A DNA stretch of 6,041 bases from Candidatus Iainarchaeum sp. (GTDB lineage: Archaea > Iainarchaeota > Iainarchaeia > Iainarchaeales > CSSED10-239), in the NCBI GenBank assembly GCA_028693335.1, contig JAQUVR010000042.1, positions 1 to 6,041 on the forward strand. Direction: 5' to 3'. A program made the translations under genes and the position numbers. This document shows positions 1-3,891 of this stretch, one piece after another. Below the pieces are notes generated by a model. That model saw only the letters and a program-made list of their open reading frames with translations. It did not search any database and was not told the DNA's origin. Position 1 is the stretch's first letter. Each line of letters opens with the position of its first letter.

Positions 1-57
1 TAGTATTTATTTTGTTAAAATACTTTGACTTTCTATAATATTTTATTAATAAAACTA

Positions 58-67
58 TTTATAAATA
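58..67 (+). promoter_or_regulatory. Candidate archaeal TATA box (TTTATAAATA) for the taw1/hydrogenase-like operon; its position implies a leaderless or near-leaderless mRNA
   Basis: TTTATAAATA is centred about 27-28 nt upstream of the ATG at 90, matching the usual TATA-to-TSS distance in archaea. No Shine-Dalgarno-like purine motif lies before the ATG. TATA-like strings are common in DNA this AT-rich, so specificity is low. Confidence 0.3.
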
Positions 68-89
68 TAGTTCTCTTTAAAAAATATAT

Positions 90-1091
90 ATGACTAAAGA
101 AATAAATAAAGAATTAATAACAGATCTTAAACATAAAAAATATGGCATTTTTGGAAAACATTCTGCTGTTGAAATTTGTACGTGGAATAAAAAAGCATTA
201 AGAGGAGAAGGCGTTTGCTATAAAGAACACTTCTATAATGTTAATTGCCATAGATGTGCACAAATAACCCCAACTGTTTTGTGGTGTCATCAAAACTGTA
301 CTTTTTGTTGGAGACCAGCACAATATATGGATGTTGCAAAATTAGATTTAGACTTTATTGATAATCCAAAAGAAATTATTGATGGATTATTTATTGAAAG
401 AAAAAAATTATTAAGTGGATTTGGTGGTTTTAAAAAAGTTGATAAAAAAAAACTAAAAGAAGCAGAGGTCCCAAGTCACGTAGCAATCTCATTATCTGGA
501 GAACCAACACTTTATCCTAAATTAGATGAAATGATTACTTATCTAAATAGTTTAAAACAAATTAAAACAATTTTTTTAGTCACAAATGGACAAGAACCAA
601 AAATGCTTAAAAAGCTTCAAGAAAAAAAAGCATTACCAACTCAAATTTATTTGTCAATAGATGCTCCAACAGAAGAACTGTATCTTAAAATTAATAGACC
701 AAAAATTAAAGATGGTTGGAAAAATCTACAAAAAACTGTTTCTTTGTTTAAAGATATAAAAACAAGAAGAGTAATTAGATTTACTTTAATAAAAGGATTA
801 AATGATGATTTGACATTATTAAAAAAATATGTTAGCCTATTTGAAAAAACAGATGCTGATTTTTTAGAAATTAAATCATATATGTTCTTAGGATATTCTA
901 GAAAAACACTTGCTTTAGAAAATATGCCATCACATCAAGATTGCTTAGATTTTGCAAAATTAGTTGAAAATAATTCTAAAAAGTTTAAAATAGTTGATGA
1001 ATGTAAGCCATCAAGAATTGTTTTATTAAAAAATAAAAATAGTAAATATAAAAATTTTATTTTAACTGATAAAGAAAAAGAAAGAATGTAA
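90..1091 (+). CDS. taw1: S-adenosyl-L-methionine-dependent tRNA 4-demethylwyosine (imG-14) synthase, Taw1/TYW1 family radical SAM enzyme
   Basis: Radical-SAM motif CHQNCTFCWRP (C66-x3-C70-x2-C73). It is preceded by three Cys at 13-residue steps (C30, C43, C56), the auxiliary-cluster pattern I recall for archaeal Taw1. Lys45 in CYK sits where I recall the pyruvate Schiff-base lysine. Downstream ISLSGEPTLYP and FLVTNG are typical of this family. The ~330 aa length with no flavodoxin domain is the archaeal form. Confidence 0.9.
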   Translation: MTKEINKELITDLKHKKYGIFGKHSAVEICTWNKKALRGEGVCYKEHFYNVNCHRCAQITPTVLWCHQNCTFCWRPAQYMDVAKLDLDFIDNPKEIIDGLFIERKKLLSGFGGFKKVDKKKLKEAEVPSHVAISLSGEPTLYPKLDEMITYLNSLKQIKTIFLVTNGQEPKMLKKLQEKKALPTQIYLSIDAPTEELYLKINRPKIKDGWKNLQKTVSLFKDIKTRRVIRFTLIKGLNDDLTLLKKYVSLFEKTDADFLEIKSYMFLGYSRKTLALENMPSHQDCLDFAKLVENNSKKFKIVDECKPSRIVLLKNKNSKYKNFILTDKEKERM

Positions 1092-1961
1092 ATGAATGAA
1101 GAACTATTAAAAATTATAGAAATATTAAAAACAGAAAAAACAATTTGCCTATTAGCACCAAGTTTTCCAGTAGATTTTTCTTTTCCAGAAGTAATTTTGG
1201 ATCTAAGAGAAATTGGTTTTACTAAAATTGTTGAATTAACTTATGCTGCAAAACTTATAAATTATAAATATATAGAAATACTAAAAAACAACCCCGAAAA
1301 ACAATACATTTGTCCTAATTGTCCAACAATTGTTAAATATATAGAAAATAAGTATCCTGAGTTAAAAGAAAATATAATAGACGTTGCATCCCCAATGGTG
1401 ATTATGGCTAGATTTGTAAAAAGAGAATTTGGAGAGGATTATAAAACTATTTTTGTAGGCCCTTGTTTTGCAAAAAAACAAGAAGCAAAAGAAAATTCTG
1501 ATTGTGTGGATTATGCTATAACTTATAAAGAATTTTGTGAGATCTATAACTATTTAGAAGAAAATAATTCTCTTAAAAAAATAGAAGAAAGTCAAGAAAA
1601 TAAAGAAATAGATAAATTCTATAATGATGTAACTAAAATATATCCATTAAGTGGTGGTGTTGCAGAGAGTATGTTAAACAAACAAATAGTATCAAAAGAA
1701 GAAATAATTGTTTGTGACGGGCCAAAAAACATAGATGTGTCTATAAAAGATTTTAAAGAGTTTAAAACATTTAGATTTTTAGATATTCTTTTTTGTGAAG
1801 GTGGCTGTCTTGGTGGTCCAGGGATAATTAATAAAGATCCAATAGATGAAAAAATAAAAAAAATATTAGAATATAAAGATAGATCTAGATATTATCAACC
1901 AGATGAAAAATATGGCAAATTTATTCATGCATTTGCATTGGATCTGAAAAGAAAAAAATAA
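1092..1961 (+). CDS. Minimal [FeFe]-hydrogenase H-domain-like protein (Fe_hyd_lg_C-type), with no accessory ferredoxin domains
   Basis: Manual motif alignment to HydA: ICPNCPT matches L1 TSCCPxW, FVGPCFAKKQEA matches L2 MPCxxKKxE, and ILFCEGGCLGGPG matches L3 ExMxCxGGCxxGGGQP. Additional matches are LAPSFPV (APAVR region), LSGGVAESML (GGVMEAA) and VDYAITYKEF (VDxVLTTxE). The cluster-ligand candidates are C77, C125, C235 and C239. The ATG at 1092 directly abuts the taw1 stop at 1089-1091. Confidence 0.75.
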   Translation: MNEELLKIIEILKTEKTICLLAPSFPVDFSFPEVILDLREIGFTKIVELTYAAKLINYKYIEILKNNPEKQYICPNCPTIVKYIENKYPELKENIIDVASPMVIMARFVKREFGEDYKTIFVGPCFAKKQEAKENSDCVDYAITYKEFCEIYNYLEENNSLKKIEESQENKEIDKFYNDVTKIYPLSGGVAESMLNKQIVSKEEIIVCDGPKNIDVSIKDFKEFKTFRFLDILFCEGGCLGGPGIINKDPIDEKIKKILEYKDRSRYYQPDEKYGKFIHAFALDLKRKK

Positions 1962-2275
1962 AATTCTGGTTTTAAAGACGCAAGTCTTTTATAAAATAAT
2001 TTTTGGTCAATTGTAAAAAATTTTGTTGGATTTATTGCACTTTTATATTCTAAAAAACCAGATTCAAGATCTTTTTCTTTTATTTCTACACAATTATTAA
2101 AATTAGGTGCGTGTGTAGTTATATAGCAACAAATAATATCTTGATAAAAAGTGTTGTGTTGTAAATTAGAAATCACTAGAACAGGTCTTTTCTTTGACCT
2201 AGAAAGATCAGTAAATGGAAAATACGCAAGATATATTTCTCTTTGTTTAATACTTATTCCATCTTTTATCATCAT
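1925..2275 (-). CDS. mazF: Type II toxin, MazF/PemK-family endoribonuclease-like
   Basis: REIYLAYFPFTDLSRSKKRPVLVISN aligns with MazF GDLIWVDFDPTKGSEQAGHRPAVVLS. ICCYITTH aligns with the CVPCTTQ strand. The C-terminal FFTIDQKLFYKRLASLKPEF matches the MazF xDQxxxxDxxRlxxxxGxLxxE pattern. It is 116 aa, sits directly downstream of and overlaps an AbrB-type antitoxin gene, and stops at TGA. Confidence 0.8.
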   Translation of the reverse strand: MMIKDGISIKQREIYLAYFPFTDLSRSKKRPVLVISNLQHNTFYQDIICCYITTHAPNFNNCVEIKEKDLESGFLEYKSAINPTKFFTIDQKLFYKRLASLKPEFYFFLFRSNANA

Positions 2276-2489
2276 TATTATTCCAACTTTTTAATGATTT
2301 ATCAAGCAGTTTATAATATTCCTTATCTTCTTTTGTTAAAAAAACATCTTCTGCTTTTTGAAGTATAATTTTTTTTTTATCAACAACTAAAATTAAAGAC
2401 GCCCCTTTTTTTAGATTAAGTTGATTTCTAATACTTATTGGAATACTAATTTGCCCTTTATCACTTATAGTTGCGGTCTTAATTAACAT
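2247..2489 (-). CDS. mazE: Type II antitoxin, AbrB/SpoVT (MazE-like) DNA-binding domain protein
   Basis: MLIKTATISDKGQISIPISIRNQLNLKKGASLILV is a typical SpoVT-AbrB swapped-hairpin signature (xxxKGQIxIPxxIRxxLxLxxGDxL). I place the start at the internal ATG 2489-2487, not the ORF-track ATG at 2537. An AGGT Shine-Dalgarno-like element lies 6 nt upstream of 2489. The candidate TATA boxes lie between the two ATGs or just upstream of 2537, and the extra 16 codons are translated tandem repeats. The longer form 2247..2537 cannot be excluded. Confidence 0.75.
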   Translation of the reverse strand: MLIKTATISDKGQISIPISIRNQLNLKKGASLILVVDKKKIILQKAEDVFLTKEDKEYYKLLDKSLKSWNNNDDKRWNKY

Positions 2490-2490
2490 A

Positions 2491-2517
2491 TTCTTACCTT
2501 TCTTACTTTTCTTACTA
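2491..2517 (-). repeat. Three tandem 9-bp repeats (plus strand TTCTTACCT / TTCTTACTT / TTCTTACTA; minus strand WAGTAAGAA x3) directly upstream of the antitoxin start; candidate TA operator
   Basis: Read directly: TCTTAC recurs at 2492-2497, 2501-2506 and 2510-2515 with a strict 9-nt period. The array lies between the candidate TATA elements and the ATG at 2489. Confidence 0.6.
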
Positions 2518-2518
2518 A

Positions 2519-2549
2519 TATATAAATTAAGAAACAACTATTTTATAAA
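2519..2549 (-). promoter_or_regulatory. Candidate promoter region of the mazEF-like operon, with two TATA-like elements
   Basis: On the minus strand there is TTTATATA (plus 2519-2526) and the palindromic TTTATAAA (plus 2542-2549). Either would put the TSS about 26 nt downstream, near 2496 or 2519. Both positions are downstream of the ATG at 2537, which supports the 2489 start. Specificity is low in AT-rich DNA. Confidence 0.3.
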
Positions 2550-2555
2550 CATATC

Positions 2556-2590
2556 AAAAAAAATGGAATCTTAGTCAGTGATTCCATTTT
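2556..2590 (-). terminator. Hairpin plus oligo-U terminator of radA
   Basis: A perfect 11-bp inverted repeat, AAAATGGAATC (2560-2570) and GATTCCATTTT (2580-2590), flanks a 9-nt loop (2571-2579). On the minus-strand RNA the hairpin runs into a U8 tract (plus A8 at 2556-2563). Oligo-T tracts are the established archaeal termination signal. Confidence 0.55.
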
Positions 2591-3617
2591 CTGTAACTTG
2601 ATAAATTGCTTCGCCATCTGGAAGACTTGGAGAATCTACTAACTTTGCAATTCTTTTTGAGCCAGATCCTTTTCTTAAATAAATTCTTGTCTTTGATGCG
2701 TGTTTTACAACATTACCACCAATAGCATCAGTTGGATCTCCAAATAAAACATCTGGTCTTGACATTACTTGATTTGTTACAAATACAACAATGTTGTAAA
2801 GTTCTGCAATTTTTTGTAATAACCTCATATGACTATTAAGCTTTTGCTGTCTATCAGATAATTGTCCTCTACCAACAAACTCTGAACGAAATTGACTTGT
2901 TAATGAATCAACAATAACTAATCTAATATTTTTTTCTTTAATAATTTCAGCAGCCTTATCCGCAAGAAGCATTTGATGATTACTATTATATGCTCTTGCA
3001 ACAAATATATTTTTCATAACTTGCTCAGGATCTAATCCTCTGTGCCTTGCAATTTGTTCAACTCTTTCTGGTCTAAATGAGTTTTCTGTATCAATGTACA
3101 AAACATTACCATTAAGTCCGCCTTTGTCTCTTGGAAGTTGAGCTAGAACACTTAATTGAAAACACCATTGTGATTTACCCGCAGCAAACATACCATAAAC
3201 TTCTGTAATTGATTGACTTTCAATTCCACCACCCAAAAGCTCATCAAGCTCTTTTGACCCGGTTGTTAATCTTGCAATTGTTTTTCTTCTTTCAAGTATT
3301 TTTTCTGCACTTTCAAAACCCATTTCTAATGAATCTCTTGCTGCTTTAATTGCTTTTATTGCAGTTCCTTCACCAAGACCAGCAACAGCAACCAATTCCA
3401 TTGGAGATGCTACTGCAATTCCTTCTAAAGAATCATACCCAGCAGCAATTAATTTTTCTGCTGATGCTGGGCCAATTCCTGGAAGATCTGTAATTGATTT
3501 TGTTTTGCCAGGTTTTTTTTCATCAGTATTATTTTCAACATCTTCCATTTCTTCATAATCATTAACTTCATCGTCTAAGAATTCTTGATCTTTATCCTTT
3601 ATTTTTTTTTCTTTCAT
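2571..3617 (-). CDS. radA: DNA repair and recombination protein RadA (archaeal Rad51/RecA homologue)
   Basis: The protein is nearly collinear with archaeal RadA. N-terminal HhH region: ITDLPGIGPASAEKLIAAGYDSLEGIAVASPMEL. Polymerisation-motif region: LEMGFESA. It has TTGSKELDELLGGGIE, a Walker A GMFAAGKS, YIDTENSFRPER, a Walker B LVIVDSLTSQFR, FVTNQV and IGGNVVKHASKTRIYLRKG. A GGGGAT Shine-Dalgarno-like element lies 5 nt upstream. Confidence 0.95.
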   Translation of the reverse strand: MKEKKIKDKDQEFLDDEVNDYEEMEDVENNTDEKKPGKTKSITDLPGIGPASAEKLIAAGYDSLEGIAVASPMELVAVAGLGEGTAIKAIKAARDSLEMGFESAEKILERRKTIARLTTGSKELDELLGGGIESQSITEVYGMFAAGKSQWCFQLSVLAQLPRDKGGLNGNVLYIDTENSFRPERVEQIARHRGLDPEQVMKNIFVARAYNSNHQMLLADKAAEIIKEKNIRLVIVDSLTSQFRSEFVGRGQLSDRQQKLNSHMRLLQKIAELYNIVVFVTNQVMSRPDVLFGDPTDAIGGNVVKHASKTRIYLRKGSGSKRIAKLVDSPSLPDGEAIYQVTENGITD

Positions 3618-3622
3618 ATGTT

Positions 3623-3628
3623 ATCCCC
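3623..3628 (-). promoter_or_regulatory. Shine-Dalgarno-like element (GGGGAT) for radA
   Basis: The minus strand reads AAAGGGGATAACATATG. GGGGAT matches 5 of 6 positions of the GGUGAU part of the archaeal SD consensus GGAGGUGAUC, with a 5-nt spacer to the ATG at 3617. Confidence 0.4.
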
Positions 3629-3698
3629 TTTTTTAATTTTCTAAACTATAACATAATAATAGATCCACAGATATATATCTCTTTTGGAAGGGGGTTCT

Positions 3699-3738
3699 TG
3701 TCCAGTGGCATAAGAGCAAAAAATGCTGTCCAGTGGCA
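3699..3738. repeat. Exact 12-bp direct repeat TGTCCAGTGGCA x2 (3699-3710 and 3727-3738; 28 bp start to start) in a GC-rich island of the radA/ppsA-like divergent intergenic region
   Basis: Read directly from the sequence. Each copy contains the imperfect palindrome CCAgTGG. The island from about 3687 to 3740 (GGAAGGGGGTTCTTGTCCAGTGGCA...) is much more GC-rich than its surroundings. Confidence 0.7.
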
Positions 3739-3891
3739 CTAATTATTAATCAAAAAATAATAAATCCAATTAAATCAGGTGGTTTTTTTTCAAAATTAAA
3801 ACCAAAAACAATTTAAAGAGTACTATAATTTATTTATAATGTAATAAAAATAAAACAAATTCTTAATAAAAACTTAAAAAAATGAAAAAAA

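Noticed and set aside
25-40. Bacterial-looking TTGACT and TATAAT hexamers upstream of taw1
   Set aside because: They are only 4 nt apart, not about 17 nt. The gene content is archaeal, so sigma-70 promoter logic does not apply.
441-452. Long poly-A runs inside CDSs (for example A9 in taw1 and A-runs in the other genes), considered as programmed frameshift or slippage sites
   Set aside because: All ORFs read through intact with conserved motifs on both sides. Such runs are the expected result of Lys (AAA) codon usage in a very AT-rich genome.
2490-2537. 16-codon N-terminal extension of the antitoxin (MFLNLYISKKSKKGKN) from the ORF track
   Set aside because: It lies outside the AbrB fold and is partly encoded by the 9-bp tandem repeats. 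The TATA-like elements would put the TSS downstream of this ATG. The internal ATG at 2489 has a properly spaced AGGT.
3495-3617. 41-residue acidic/basic N-terminal extension of RadA before the HhH domain, considered as a possible novelty
   Set aside because: Comparable charged N-terminal extensions exist in known archaeal RadA proteins, for example the ~349-aa Thermococcales form as I recall it. It is therefore not unusual.
3687-3745. GC-rich island considered as a tRNA, C/D-box sRNA or mini-CRISPR
   Set aside because: I could not fold a cloverleaf or find a T-loop (GTTCRANYC). There are no C (RUGAUGA) or D (CUGA) boxes. Two 12-bp repeats with a 16-bp spacer are too short and too few for a CRISPR array. 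It is kept only as a repeat or regulatory candidate.
3778-3790. GGTGG followed by T8 as the terminator of a hypothetical plus-strand small RNA starting near the GC island
   Set aside because: I found no convincing secondary structure or conserved boxes in the roughly 90 nt upstream. T-runs are frequent in this composition. It is untestable without transcript data.
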